Shown one piece after another: positions 22,811-35,492 of a stretch of 64,000 nucleotides of DNA (positions are counted from its first letter, which is position 1; each line of letters starts with the position of its first letter). A program made the position numbers and the translations under genes. A model generated the notes under the pieces. It saw only the letters and a program-made list of their open reading frames with translations. It searched no databases and was not told the DNA's origin. Location of the stretch: the NCBI GenBank assembly GCA_964658305.1, contig OZ210885.1:24056001-24120000 (forward strand), in the 5' to 3' direction. The DNA is from Leptogorgia sarmentosa. Lineage: Eukaryota.

Positions 22811-25800
22811 AAGGAGATTTGAGATAAAAAGCGATGAGAATTTTGGAACAAAGATATGGAAGAAAATGTCTGGTTGTAAGGTCCATTGTAGACAGCCTCA
22901 CCAAGGGACCATCTTTAGCCATCAGAGATCAAATCGCATTACGAAAGTTCGCGGATAACATTGTGAGTGCAGAGGCAACTTTAAAATCATTGGGTTGTCT
23001 AAACGAAATCAATCAAGGAAATTTGGTTGAGATGTCACACCGATTACCAAGGCATCTACAAGAAAAGTTTGCGACGTTAGCACACGATGTGGAGTCCAAA
23101 GAACAACGATTCCCGACATTAAGCGATTTTGCAAGTTTTCTGGACAAATGGGCAACAGTTGCCAACCATCCAGTAAACATGGCTAACATTCATGTTCCAC
23201 CCAAGGACAAGAGTGACTCGACCTTAAAGTGTGGCACGTTCGCCACTGGACTACCTCGAAGTGACAAAGGCAAAGATTCCCCAGCAGAGCCCTGTCCTTG
23301 TTGTTCCTTGACAAATTCCATTTATCGTTGTTCCTTGACAAATTCCATTTATCGCTGTTTAGGAAGAAAACTTAGCCTGAATGGTTCGAGCTGGCCAAGA
23401 AAAAGAGACTCTGTTATAACTGTCTGAAGAACAATCCCGTCATACGATCCGGAATCAAAATGAAACATGTCAGATCATGCCCAAGTAAGTTTAAATGCAA
23501 AATAGGATGCGGTTTACCACACCATACGTTGCTACACAAACCAAAGTCGTCAGCGGAGAAGGAAGATGATCAGGGTCATGAAGATATTCCTAATGCTAGA
23601 AATAACGCCACAACGTTGGAAACATCTGGTGCTGTTCTGTTACAAGTTATTCCAGTTAGAGTCTTTGGTGAGAACGGAGTTGCCACAACTACGTATGCAA
23701 TGCTTGATTCGAGATCAGAGATCCGACAAGCTCGTGGTTTCAACTGTCAGTAATGAAAACGATCTCCAGCATGGACGTAGAGTAGACCTATCAATCGAAC
23801 CGCTTACAGATGAAAATCCAGGAAGACTTGCATTAACTAATGCATGGTGTTGTAAAGAGCTGAAAATTCCCTTGCGTCATCAGCGTGTCCTCCACAATAA
23901 ATCGCAATGGCCTCACCTACAAGATATTCCCTTTCCCAACATTCAACGAAAGAAAATTTCTATTATCATTGGCACAAACGTCCCTGAAGCGTTTATACCC
24001 TTAGATGTCCGTTACGGTGGTCCAGAAGCTCCAGTAGCAATCCGATCCTGCTTAGGATATTCCATATTGGGTCGAATTGGCAACACCAACGAATTGCAAC
24101 AATCCACTGCAAATCCATCTGCCGTGTACAATGTGTGTGTAACAGACGACTTTACTCTAAAGAAGCAATTGGAGTCATTCTGGAAAATAGAATCCTTTGG
24201 GACTATGTGCAACGATTCGAAATCAACCTTGGTTGAAGACAGAAGGGCTCTAAAGGTGATAGAGGAGACACTTACCAAAGTAGACGGACATTACAAAATG
24301 GGTCTGTTGTGGAAAGATAAAAATATTCATCTCCCTAACAATCGAGCGGTTGCTGAATTAAGACTATGACACCTCAGAAGACGTCTCGAACGGGATCCTA
24401 AACTAAAACAATGATATATCGCAGCCATGAATGACTACATTAATAAGGGATACGCCAAACAACGTACAAAGATCGAAGAAATCACCAAAGGCGACAAAAC
24501 GTGGTATCTACCTTACCATCCAGTAGTTAATCCACAAAAACCCGTAGGCCCCGACTTGATAAACAGCTTGGTTGGAATATTGTTTCGCTACAGACAAGAA
24601 CCCGTTGCTCTGATCGCTGACATAGAGGCAATGTTCCACCGAGTAAAGGTTCGACCGGCAGATTGTGACGCATTACGCTTCCTGTGGTGGGACGGTGACA
24701 GAAAAGGGCCAACGGTAGCGTTTAAAATGATGGTTCACATTTTTGGAGCCAAATCTTCACCTTGTTGTGCCAACAAAGCCTTACTGCAGACCGCAGACGA
24801 TAATGAATCCAAGTATGGGAAAGACGTGGCTGACGTAGTACGACGTAATTTCCACGTAGACGATTTGCTGAAATCTACAGCAACAATCGAAGAGGCTACA
24901 GAACTGGCTTTGAAATTAATTGATCTTCTTGCGCAAGGTGGCTTCAGACTAACAAAGTTCATGAGTAATCGCAAAGAAGTCTTGAAAGAAATTCCAGTGG
25001 GAGAGATAGTGACGCCAGCACTCGATTTAGATCTTGACAAGTTGCCCATTAATCGTACATTGGGTCTATGTTGGGACACTGAAACAGACAAGTTCTATTT
25101 TTCGTCCGTCAAGACTGACAAACCTTCTACCAAGCGCGGAATCCTCTCCGTTGTTAGTTCACTGTTCGATCCACTTGGGTTTTTGGCCCCATTCATCCTA
25201 CCCGTCAAAGTACTGCTCCAAGAACTTTGGCGTCAAAATATCGGTTGGGATGCTGAAATACTACAGAAGGAACTCGAAGTTTGGCAAAAGTGGCTTCTAT
25301 CGCTTCCACAATTGTCCAAGATAAGAATTTCAAGATGTTATTTTGTGACAAAGATAACCTTCTGGACGATCGAACTCCATCTGTTCTGCGATGCCAGTGA
25401 CCTGGCTTACTCTGCTTCTGCCTATTTGAAAATCACTGACGAGCAAGGTGGTGTTCACTGCAATTGTTCGACATTTTGTGATGGGAAAATGTAAATATAT
25501 AATAGCCCGATAAAGCGGCTGACAATTCCTAGGCTTGAGCTGTTAGCGAGTGTTATGGCGGTGAGGCTGAGCAACTTGGTGCAATCTGAAATCGACTGGG
25601 ATATCAGCAACGTCATCTTTTGGACTGATTCCACCACTGTTTTACAATACATCAACAATGAGAGTAGGCGATTCCATCGCTTCGTTGCCACACGTCTAAG
25701 AGATACATGAATATACCCAGCCAGGACAGTGGGCGTCGGCTTAACCCAGCCGACGATGGTTCAAGAGGTTTGCCTGTTGAGGCGTTCCTGTCAAAGTGTT

Positions 25801-26305
25801 GTTGGTGGTCAGGACCAGAATTTTTGTATGAAGACGTCAACCAATGGCCTGAGTTGAAGATAGCTTATCAACTCCCGGAAGATGATCAAGAAGTTTTGAA
25901 AAAATGAGTGTGTAAAAGTATATCGAGCTCAGACTCAGCCTTTTCCAAGCTACTAAAACGTTGGTCATCCTGGTCGAAGTTGCGAAGGTGTGTTTCATGG
26001 TTGATTAGATTTGTACAGCATATTGAGCGTCAATGTACAGAACCTGCACCTCCAATTCATATTACTTTGAGCGAAATGCAAAACGCTGCACGTTTGATCG
26101 TGAAGTCCGTTCAGAAGGAATACTTTTACGATGAGTTCTTGGCTTTGGATTCCAACAAGAAGATTAAAATTCAACAGTAGAATCATTAATCTGTGCCCAC
26201 TGCTAAAGAATGGTGTTCTCTGCGTCGGCGGTCGCTTGAGACACGCTCCTATAACGTCTGAAGCTACCAACCCAATGATAGTTCCGAACCAGCATCACCT
26301 TGTTA
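22811..26305 (+). pseudogene. pol: BEL 2 gag-pol remainder (protease, RT, RNase H)
   Basis: ORFs 22834, 23460, 23566, 24427, 25707, 25908 and 26131 are successive fragments with BEL motifs. Confidence 0.88.
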
Positions 26306-26350
26306 GAGACAACTACTTAGCATGAACTTAAATATTGAACGATGGGGAAC

Positions 26351-26719
26351 CGTTCAAGGGGGGGTCATATTCGTTCTGCTTTTCTCATAATGACACAAAA
26401 AACATGTCATTCAACAGCTGAGATCCTGATCTTTATGACCATGCAAAAATTACGTTCATACACCCAGTAATCAACGCACAATGGCATGCCAAAGTTCGAT
26501 TACCTTTTTTTTTGAGACACCCTGTATATTCTATTCGTTCAAGGGGGGGTCATATTCGTTCTGCTTTTCTCATAATGACACAAAAAACATGTCATTCAAC
26601 AGCTGAGATCCTGATCTTTATGACCATGCAAAAATTACGTTCATACACCCAGTAATCAACGCACAATGGCATGCCAAAGTTCGATTACCTTTTTTTTGAG
26701 ACACCCTGTATATTCTATT
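26351..26719. repeat. Tandem duplication (185 and 184 bp) of a Tc1/mariner-MITE right end plus flank
   Basis: Units 26351-26535 and 26536-26719, each ending GAGACACCCTG|TA TATTCTATT. Confidence 0.9.
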
Positions 26720-27130
26720 TTACACACATGCATGCGCTGAAACATGTTGCGATAGACTAGGATAGATAAGTATGTGTAATATTCCTTTTGAGTCTTTATC
26801 ATGCAGCTAGTGATAATAATCTCTGCTGCAATTGCTATAGCTTGATGATGTTTATGATGTTTAACAGTAAACTTTGCTCTTCCTCATCTTGAAGACTAGC
26901 TTCCAGTTGTTCCATCAGCCTTATTTGAAAAAACGTTCCAGAGAAGCAGAAATTTTTCCATGTACATAAAATGTGTTTCTAAGTTAGAGTGGTTAATTAT
27001 ACGTAAACAATATTTTAAAGATCAGCACAATCCAGGGCTTGCCCAAACTGATATTATCCAGCTTTCCAGCAGTGGGAAACATAATCTTCCTAGTTTCCAA
27101 CGGATGAAAGTTCTCCATAAGCTTTATATA

Positions 27131-27523
27131 CAGGGTGTCTCAAAAAAAAGGTAATCGAACTTTGGCATGCTATTGTGCGTTAATTACTTGGTGTATGAAC
27201 GTAATTTTTGCATGGTCATAAAGATCAGGGTCTCAGCTATTGAATGACATGTTTTTTGTGTCATTATGAGCAAAGCAAAACGAATATGAGAGCGATTAAA
27301 ATTGACAGTCGAAATTGAATATTTTCACCTCTGTGCCTAATTAAAGCAATGCATAACAAAAGAAAAATGCAATTCATCACGAATGTGTCATGGTAACAAA
27401 GATTTTATCAGGATTATTAATAATTATGCATAATCAGGTCGATTGTTGAACGGATTTGTCGTACAACAAATATGTCATTCAACTGCTAAGACCTTGATCT
27501 TTATGACCATGCAAAAATCACGT
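27131..27523. mobile_element. Tc1/mariner-type MITE, right TIR truncated
   Basis: TA|CAGGGTGTCTCAAAAAAAAGGTAATCG, the reverse complement of the 26.4-26.7 kb units; partial inverted copy at ~27470-27523. Confidence 0.75.
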
Positions 27524-27668
27524 AGAAGATATAGAGATATACTTGGCGGGATCACAATAGGATGAAATTCATTTTTCTAGATATTACTAATCTGACCCCA
27601 CCTACCATGCCGCCGCGCTGCGTGCAAGCAAATGCTTCACCTCGCAGGTGTAATCGGAATAAAATAAA

Positions 27669-28610
27669 TGTAAGACGGCCGGTACGGTCGGGTTACGCAC
27701 AAAGATACGAGTGAGTTTTTAAAGAATTTAATAAGTGATTACAAACCAGAATACAATAAACGAATACAATAAACGAATAAACGAGAACGAATTGAACACT
27801 AATGTAACAAGAATAAGGAAATATACTAAATATATGACAATTAACTGAGATAATATGAATCAAAATACAAATCAAAAGCTAAAGATAATAGGTTGCAATA
27901 AAACAATCTAAAGCATAACTAAGCCATATTAAGCACAGAATACATAAGTGATTAAACTATTTAGGCAATTAAGCAGTTGGCAGCTACAACAGCTAGCGCT
28001 AATCGACTGCTAATCGACACGTCGACAGAGGGTCAAGCAAAGGTCGTTACTACACTCTAGTAAGCGCAAAGATTAACAAAACTAATTATACAATGAAATG
28101 CAAAGATTACACAGTAAAAACTAACAATTTACCTAATGTCACCCGAGGCTTGACTCCGCGTGGTTTCTTACAAACATACGTCGTATATCCACATTGAACG
28201 ACCAATATACACGTAGATTCCGTACATTATACGCGTTAACCGTGACTGCGCAACAGCGACTGAATCAGTATTATACTTTTGTGCGCTCAATTTATAATCA
28301 CACACAGGAAGATTAGCAATTTTCGCGTGCGTAGCATTTGCGTAAAATGCGTGGTAAAAGGAAGATTTGCGGTTGCTCACTCATGCTGAAAGCAACTTTA
28401 AGTTACAGAAAATTAACCACAAAAACAGGATCTGCGTCGCAAGATAATGCTAGAAGTATGATTCTGCAGTTTTGGCTTCCCTTAAGCTATGACCTTGGAT
28501 AAGCTTGAAACTATTTGCGTAATTGGGGTTTGCATAGGAAATTACTGTGGCCTAACTACGCCATTTAACTAACAAAATAAGTAAATACGGATACGCATCA
28601 TCCGGTCACA
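27669..28610 (-). repeat. Gypsy 3' LTR
   Basis: Matches 33865-34806; adjacent PPT AAAAGTAGGGAGGAT (28611-28625, minus strand). Confidence 0.97.
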
Positions 28611-28725
28611 ATCCTCCCTACTTTTGTTCGTCATGTCCCCAAGCGAACAATAACTACAATTACTATTCTAATAGACCTATGATTCTTAATTGTTCAGTAC
28701 TTAACACACTGTTTTAGTTCGTTAC

Positions 28726-31700
28726 TTATCTCGCACTTCTGGGTTGATTGTAAGGATTACCATGTTGCCCCTTGTTTCTTCTATGAGAGCGACGAAGTCG
28801 TTGAGGTGGATCACCATCTTCCTGGAACCTTCTGTTCTCTCGCTGAGGGATTGTGATTTCAACACTCGCTTCTTCATCCGATGAGCTCTCGTCATTCCTG
28901 TTACTTTGGGACAACTTTCGTCTTGATCTGTTGGACCTCGTGTCCGTTTGCCTTGGTTTGGGACAAACCTGAAGCTCTGATCTATTCACGGTCTTAGGTT
29001 CCCCTTGTCCATCCGCCGGTTCAATCTCGTATACGTCACCTTGCTTCCGTACGACCTTGAATACCGTATTCTTCCATTTGTTCTGAATTTTGCATCTGCC
29101 TTTCGGGTGGTTGCGCACGAAAACTCTTTCTCCGACTGAGATCTCATTCGGCTTCACATTGGTGTGACGATCGAATTGCCGTTTCCGTAGCAGAGCCTCT
29201 GTTTCTAACTTACGTCGAGCTCTCGCATGAGCCTCACGTAACCGATCTTGATGCAAGGTCAACCATTCACTCTGTTCCGTTTGCTGCCCCTCATTCTCCG
29301 TGGGTAGAACAAGATCAACTGGGAGCTTGGGGTCGATTCCAAACAGAAGGTAGTATGGAGCATATCCGGTGGAAGAATGGGGTGTTGCGTTATATGCGTA
29401 ACATAGTTCCTTCAGGTGTTCAGGCCATCGCCTCTTCTTCTTCTCGGGTAGGGTCCGTAGGAGGTCATGGAGGGTTCTGTTGAAGCGCTCGCACTGTCCA
29501 TTCCCTTCCGGATGGTATGGGGTGCTGCGAGATTTCTTTACTCCGTACATTTCGCACAGCTCCGCGACCACTTCCGCTTCGAAGCTTCGGCCTTGATCTG
29601 AATGTATTCGCTTCGGTACCCCGTACACCAGGAACCATTCCCGTATCAGGGTCTTAACTACCATAGTGGCTTTCTGGTCTCGAGTGGGCACGGCTATGGT
29701 AAACTTTGAGAACACGTCGGTTAGAACCAACACATTTTCTCTCCCATCTGCCGATTTCTCTAACTGCGTGAAGTCCATTGCCAGCACTTCCAGGGGCTTC
29801 GTTGCCATAAAACTCTTCAGGGGGGTCTTCACTGCCGTATAAGGACCCTTCGCAATTGCACAACGTTGGCATTGCGTGACATATTCCTTAACATCGTTGT
29901 GGAGTCCAGGCCACCAGCAACGCTCACGAATTAACTTCTCTGTCCGTTCGAGACCTTGATGACCACATTCGTCATGGACACGACTGAGCATCTCTTTACG
30001 AATCCCGTGTGGTAACAAGAGCTGTAGTTGGGTGTTGCCGTCGTCTCGTGTGATAGCGCGGTAGAGTATCGAGGACTACTCGGTGATGAGATCCCACTGT
30101 CGAATCAGCTTCATTACTTCACTTGACTCGTTCACACGTTCTCCACGGGAAGGTTTCCGATCCAGTTTGCGGTAGTGGATTAGACGACCAATTGCAGGAT
30201 CCCCCAGCTGCAGTCTCCGTAGGTAGCTGTCATCCCAAGGTGGCAACGTTGGACTGCTCGGCAGGGATCGCTCTGTCAGGACTTGGGAAACATCGACTAG
30301 ATTCTGATCCGCGAGGAACGTAGCAGAGTTCAGTAGATTCGCTCGCAATCTTTCTGGTAGGATAGTAGTGCCGGTACTATCTTCGAGGCACGACTGCACG
30401 TAATTTACATCGTGGATCCGGTCGTCCGACTGCTTCATCCTGCTCAGGGCGTCGGCGTTCACGTTACTCTTTCCGGCTCGATACTTGATCTCGAAGTTGA
30501 AGTTCGCTAACTCGGACGCCCAGCGTTGCTCCACTGCCTTCAGTTTGCTTTTCGATTGCAAATACGTTAGTGGATTATTATCAGTTAATACGGTGAACGT
30601 AGAAGAGATCAAATACTCGCGAAACTTTTCCGTAACTGCCCATTTAAGTGCAAGAAGTTCTAGTTTCCGCGATGAGTAGTTGCTCATGTTCTTCTCGGCT
30701 CCTCTAAGGCCTCGGCTGGCGTACGCAATTGGCCTGACTTTACCATCCTGTTCCTGCGATAGCACCGCGCCAAGTCCGTCATTAGAAGCATCTACCTCGA
30801 CAATAAAGGGTTTGGAGTAAACCGGGTACGCGAGGACCGGTGGACTGGTTAGAGCTGCTTTTGAGTTCTGAAAGGCTCCTTGACAACGTTCTTGCCACAA
30901 GTCTCCGATTGGCTTATTCCTCTGTTTCCCGCTCTTCCCGCCGTCGTATAAGCTAGCGACAAGTTCGTGTAGAGGCTTCGCTACCTGCGCGAATCCAGGG
31001 ACAAATTTGCGATAGTAAGATGCGAACCCCAGGAACGATCGAAGCTCCTTCAACGTTTTCGGTTCGGGCCAATTCGTCACCACTTCAGTCTTTGAGGGGT
31101 CGGTGGCCACACCTTCCGCTGACACAACATGTCCAAGGTATGTAACTTTCGAGCAGAAGAACTGGCACTTCTTGGGTTCGATCTTGAGACCATGTTCTCG
31201 TAGCTTACGAAACACAAGTTCCAAACGTTTAAGATGCTCCCCGATATCTTCGCTAAACACGATTATGTCGTCAAGGTACACAATCAATACCTGTAGCAGT
31301 TCATCTCGGAAAATGGTTTGCATCACTCGTTGGAACGTCGCCGGTGCTCCGCACAAACCAAATGGCATACGGTTGTACTCGAACAGCCCGAATGGAGTAG
31401 TGAATGCCGTTTTACGTCGATCATCCGGCTCAACTTCTACTTGGTTATATGCCGCCACCAAGTCTATCGTCGAGAAGTACTTCGCACCTCCGAGCACGTC
31501 GAGACTTTCTTCGATTCTGGGTAGGGGGTACGCATCGCGTTTCACCTTCGCATTTAGCTGACGGTAGTCTACACACAGTCGCAAGTCACCGTTTTTCTTA
31601 CGTACTAGGACGATTGGCGAAGAGTAGTCACTTTGGCTCGGCCGTATCACGCCCTTGTCTAGCAATTCTTGCAGGTGTTGCTTTACTTCAGCGAATTGAT

Positions 31701-32778
31701 TGGGGGGTATTCTTCGGTGGCGCTGAGTCACCGGCTTGTCATCGACCGTTGGAATGCCATGTTTAATTGCTGTCGTCCTCCCTAAGTCCATGTTATCGTG
31801 GGCGAAGACATCAGCGTACTTCTTAAATAGCTCCGTGGCTCTCTGCTTCTCATCTGGAGTGCCAGGGAAATCGGATAAGGCGATACCACGAGGTAGGATC
31901 ACGGTCCCGGTGTCTGCATCAGTAGTGTCTCCGACTTGCTGAGGTCCCGCTACCTCAGTACATGACACAATAATCTCGTCCGTCCGCACGTCGACGTTCA
32001 ATGTCTCGCTGGTCATGATTCTTCCAATACTGCACACCACAGCTAGACGTGTCCGGGGTTTAAGCCAAATGTCCTTCGAGGTTGGGTTAGCAACCTGAAT
32101 AGAAAAACAAGTTCGAGACGCGTCCACGAGAGTATTGGCAATTATCAGGTTCCCCGGGAGGGGACCACGCAACGGTTCCACTAACGCGCACGACCCGCAC
32201 GGTGTACCATTCACGTTCACGTTGGCTACGGAATTTGCCGGTACCAGGACAGCATCTCTTCCCGAAACTCGAACGAATCCGGACGATTTCGTCGCTAGAC
32301 TTCGCCGTTTACTAAGTGATGAAGGCTGGAGTATTTCTGCAAACTTCGGTAGGTGTGCCAACACGTTCGTTCCAAGGAGACCAGGGGCGACCCGTCTATT
32401 ACTAACAGCAGCAGGGGTGTCTTTTAAGACTAATATTCCGCAACCCGGAATTCTGACCCCGTCAACCTCAACGTCTAGTTCAATGTATCCCATATATGGA
32501 ATTTCCAACCCATTAGCAGCCCGGAGGGTCATCAGGTGCCCAGTTTCAATGCGACCACAGGTTTGTTGGAGTTTCTTCTTATAGAATTCTTCCGTAACGA
32601 AGGATACCATCGAGCCAGTATCTATCACGCACGGTACTTCGATGCCGTTTAGTTTCACCGTTAAAGTAGGTGTTTCGCCCACTAAAAGTGTTCGTCCGCA
32701 ACAGTTTTTGTGAGGATATGAGCCACTGTTATCCTTCTCCACGGCATGGCTCACTGCCGTGGAGCGTTCTCGTTTAAA
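28726..32778 (-). CDS. pol: Gypsy pol (PR, RT, RNase H, integrase), reached by -1 frameshift; one in-frame TAG at 30076-30078
   Basis: IDTGS, YLDD, VDAS, TDNNPL, NADALSR, HHCC finger, DDE core (MDF, HSDQG, ERFN). ORFs 30076-32853 and 28726-30018 share a frame. Confidence 0.93.
32719..32778 (-). promoter_or_regulatory. -1 ribosomal frameshift signal (UUUAAAC plus H-type pseudoknot)
   Basis: T TTA AAC in the gag frame; 7-nt spacer; stem 1 CTCCACGGCA/TGCCGTGGAG; stem 2 TGAGCCA/TGGCTCA. Confidence 0.88.
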
Positions 32779-33776
32779 GCCGACTTCCTTCGGCCACTCC
32801 TCTCGTCCGCCTTTCCGCCGCTCGGAACACGATTCTGCTCCTCGTTGGGACAATCTCGCCGATAATGTCCGACTTTACCGCAACCATAACACTCGAGTCT
32901 CTTACGGTCTTGTGGCTCTCGTTTGCCCGCGCGCAACTCCGCGATAGCCCGTTCGTTTCTCTTCGTGGCCCTACGCTGCTGCTCGATGTGGTCTGTCAGT
33001 AGATCTTGCTGCTTTTGTAGGCTTTCCGTCAAGATCCGCTGCCCCGAGACTAAATCGTTGATTACCTTCTGGAGGTTGGGTGCCGCTTGCGTGGACTCGC
33101 ACGTGGTAGCATCATCTTCTACCTGCGCCACTTCGCGTACACGCGCCGACCGGGAGTTACCGCCATCCTCGTCAATCCAATGCTGAACCTCTTCGCGTAT
33201 TTGCTGGAACGATTTATCGGGATGATCACGCACCCAGCGCTTGATATCGCGTCGAAGGCTAGCATCACGGAGGTTTTCCAGAAGCTGATCCTGCAGGAGT
33301 CGATCTTTGTTCGGGACGTCCGTACCTTGCAAGCGTTCTACACGAGCCAACAGGAGCATTAACGCATGACAGAAGTCCCGTACCGTCTCTCGATCCCGTT
33401 GCTTACGCTCGAAGAACTTCCGCATGGCTTGTGTACTGGTTAGCCCCTCGCCGAAACTATCACGCAGGATCTTAAACAGCTGTGCAGGTCTTTCTCTCTC
33501 CCCAGCCGGTCTCAGTCGTATCTCGTCCTTCGCTGCACCGTCCAAATGGTACATCAGGAAATCCACCGCGTCGGCATCGGTTTGTCCAGCTATTGACCGC
33601 TCGGCGTCTACGATCCAGTCCTCGAGAAGGCTATCGTCCCGTACTCCCGTGAACCTTCGTAGCTTCCTGTCTCTTGGAACTTTTACCGTTATCGGTCCAG
33701 GCTGGGATTGTGCAAGTTGAGTCTCCAACTCCTTCAGTTTATCGGCCAGCGCCTTAATAGCTTCTTCTGTTGCCAT
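32751..33776 (-). CDS. gag: Gypsy gag (about 341 aa) with CCHC knuckle
   Basis: First ATG after the PBS (MATEEAIK); CYGCGKVGHYRRDC. Confidence 0.92.
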   Translation of the reverse strand: MATEEAIKALADKLKELETQLAQSQPGPITVKVPRDRKLRRFTGVRDDSLLEDWIVDAERSIAGQTDADAVDFLMYHLDGAAKDEIRLRPAGERERPAQLFKILRDSFGEGLTSTQAMRKFFERKQRDRETVRDFCHALMLLLARVERLQGTDVPNKDRLLQDQLLENLRDASLRRDIKRWVRDHPDKSFQQIREEVQHWIDEDGGNSRSARVREVAQVEDDATTCESTQAAPNLQKVINDLVSGQRILTESLQKQQDLLTDHIEQQRRATKRNERAIAELRAGKREPQDRKRLECYGCGKVGHYRRDCPNEEQNRVPSGGKADERSGRRKSALNENAPRQ

Positions 33777-33843
33777 ACCTACAGTGCTAATTCGTTCTCG
33801 TTTTGTATTATTCTTATCAAGCTTCTCAAACAGAACAACTCGT

Positions 33844-33861
33844 ATCCCACTCCTGACACCA
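33844..33861 (-). promoter_or_regulatory. Primer binding site, tRNA-Leu type
   Basis: TGGTGTCAGGAGTGGGAT, 3 nt after the 5' LTR; complementary to the metazoan tRNA-Leu(CAG) 3' end as recalled. Confidence 0.85.
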
Positions 33862-33864
33862 AAA

Positions 33865-34806
33865 TGTAAGACGGCCGGTACGGTCGGGTTACGCACAAAG
33901 ATACGAGTGAGTTTTTAAAGAATTTAATAAGTGATTACAAACCAGAATACAATAAACGAATACAATAAACGAATAAACGAGAACGAATTGAACACTAATG
34001 TAACAAGAATAAGGAAATATACTAAATATATGACAATTAACTGAGATAATATGAATCAAAATACAAATCAAAAGCTAAAGATAATAGGTTGCAATAAAAC
34101 AATCTAAAGCATAACTAAGCCATATTAAGCACAGAATACATAAGTGATTAAACTATTTAGGCAATTAAGCAGTTGGCAGCTACAACAGCTAGCGCTAATC
34201 GACTGCTAATCGACACGTCGACAGAGGGTCAAGCAAAGGTCGTTACTACACTCTAGTAAGCGCAAAGATTAACAAAACTAATTATACAATGAAATGCAAA
34301 GATTACACAGTAAAAACTAACAATTTACCTAATGTCACCCGAGGCTTGACTCCGCGTGGTTTCTTACAAACATACGTCGTATATCCACATTGAACGACCA
34401 ATATACACGTAGATTCCGTACATTATACGCGTTAACCGTGACTGCGCAACAGCGACTGAATCAGTATTATACTTTTGTGCGCTCAATTTATAATCACACA
34501 CAGGAAGATTAGCAATTTTCGCGCGCGTAGCATTTGCGTAAAATGCGTGGTAAAAGGAAGATTTGCGGTTGCTCACTCATGCTGAAAGCAACTTTAAGTT
34601 ACAGAAAATTAACCACAAAAACAGGATCTGCGTCGCAAGATAATGCTAGAAGTATGATTCTGCAGTTTTGGCTTCCCTTAAGCTATGACCTTGGATAAGC
34701 TTGAAACTATTTGCGTAATTGGGGTTTGCATAGGAAATTACTGTGGCCTAACTACGCCATTTAACTAACAAAATAAGTAAATACGGATACGCATCATCCG
34801 GTCACA
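33865..34806 (-). repeat. Gypsy 5' LTR
   Basis: 942 bp; differs from the 3' LTR at 34524 (C) vs 28328 (T). Confidence 0.97.
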
Positions 34807-35492
34807 AAATAAAACTATAGCTTTGGAAATTGCATGAATTTATATACCTGTACTCAGGATAGTAAATGAATTGGCAAGATATGTTTCATGATACTTACTT
34901 GCGTCAGACATTGGGAAGTTGCTATTTTTTTCATTTGTGCTAGCAAGTGGTCTATCTGAAGGGGTGGCTGATTGTCTTGCTTGTTTCTGCACTTGAATTG
35001 TCATTAAACTTTTGTGGGGGCACTGGGAATTTTGAAGAAGCTTTAGACATAAAAACGGAAAATGTATAGACAAATTCACATAACCATGCATTTACATACA
35101 CAGTGTTTACTTATCGTTAATACATGTATTAGCTGCAGATAGCTACATAAAGTTGACACAAGATAAGATTCCTAATTGATCTACGCAAATGTACTTGCCA
35201 TTCTTTTGAGTTATTGCATTATCAAGCAGATATTTTCTAGAAAATATAGCATAAAGGAATGAATATTTGTTGCGAGTGTTTCCATTGAGTAACAATGCTC
35301 ACAAATTAAATAATCTCTATAGGAAATTAGATCTTCGGGAAGTATTGTTGATATGTATGTAAATTAGATGCCTTCGCTCGCTGTAAGTTTACATGTTTGT
35401 TTTGAAGATGAGTGGAAAAGATCAGAACCATGGGAGACCTGATTCCGAATCGTCTTCTTCCTCTGACCTGCTATTAGGGACCTTAAGATCTA

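Larger units (their letters stand above)
13547..26305 (+). mobile_element. BEL/Pao LTR retrotransposon 2, degraded, split by Sola3, truncated before integrase
   Basis: Gag 14073-15485 resumes at 22811; protease YAMLD, RT FHVDDLL, DPLGF, HLFCDAS, TIPRLEL, NPADDGSRG; no 3' LTR. Confidence 0.9.
27669..34806 (-). mobile_element. Young full-length Gypsy LTR retrotransposon
   Basis: Two 942-bp TG..CA LTRs with one mismatch seen; PBS; PPT; gag-PR-RT-RH-IN order. Confidence 0.97.

Noticed and set aside
23299..23357. Repeated CSLTNSIYR as a new zinc motif
   Set aside because: A 27-bp local tandem duplication in a dead BEL gag.
27693..28380. Short ORFs repeated at 33889 and 34364
   Set aside because: They lie in the Gypsy LTRs and repeat for that reason; no coding signal.
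32779..32853. Independent start codon for Gypsy pol
   Set aside because: Alternative-codon call; the frameshift signal explains pol expression.
31103..33720. Plus-strand ORFs over the Gypsy genes (likewise those over BEL 3)
   Set aside because: Antisense shadows of long coding frames with no recognisable motifs.
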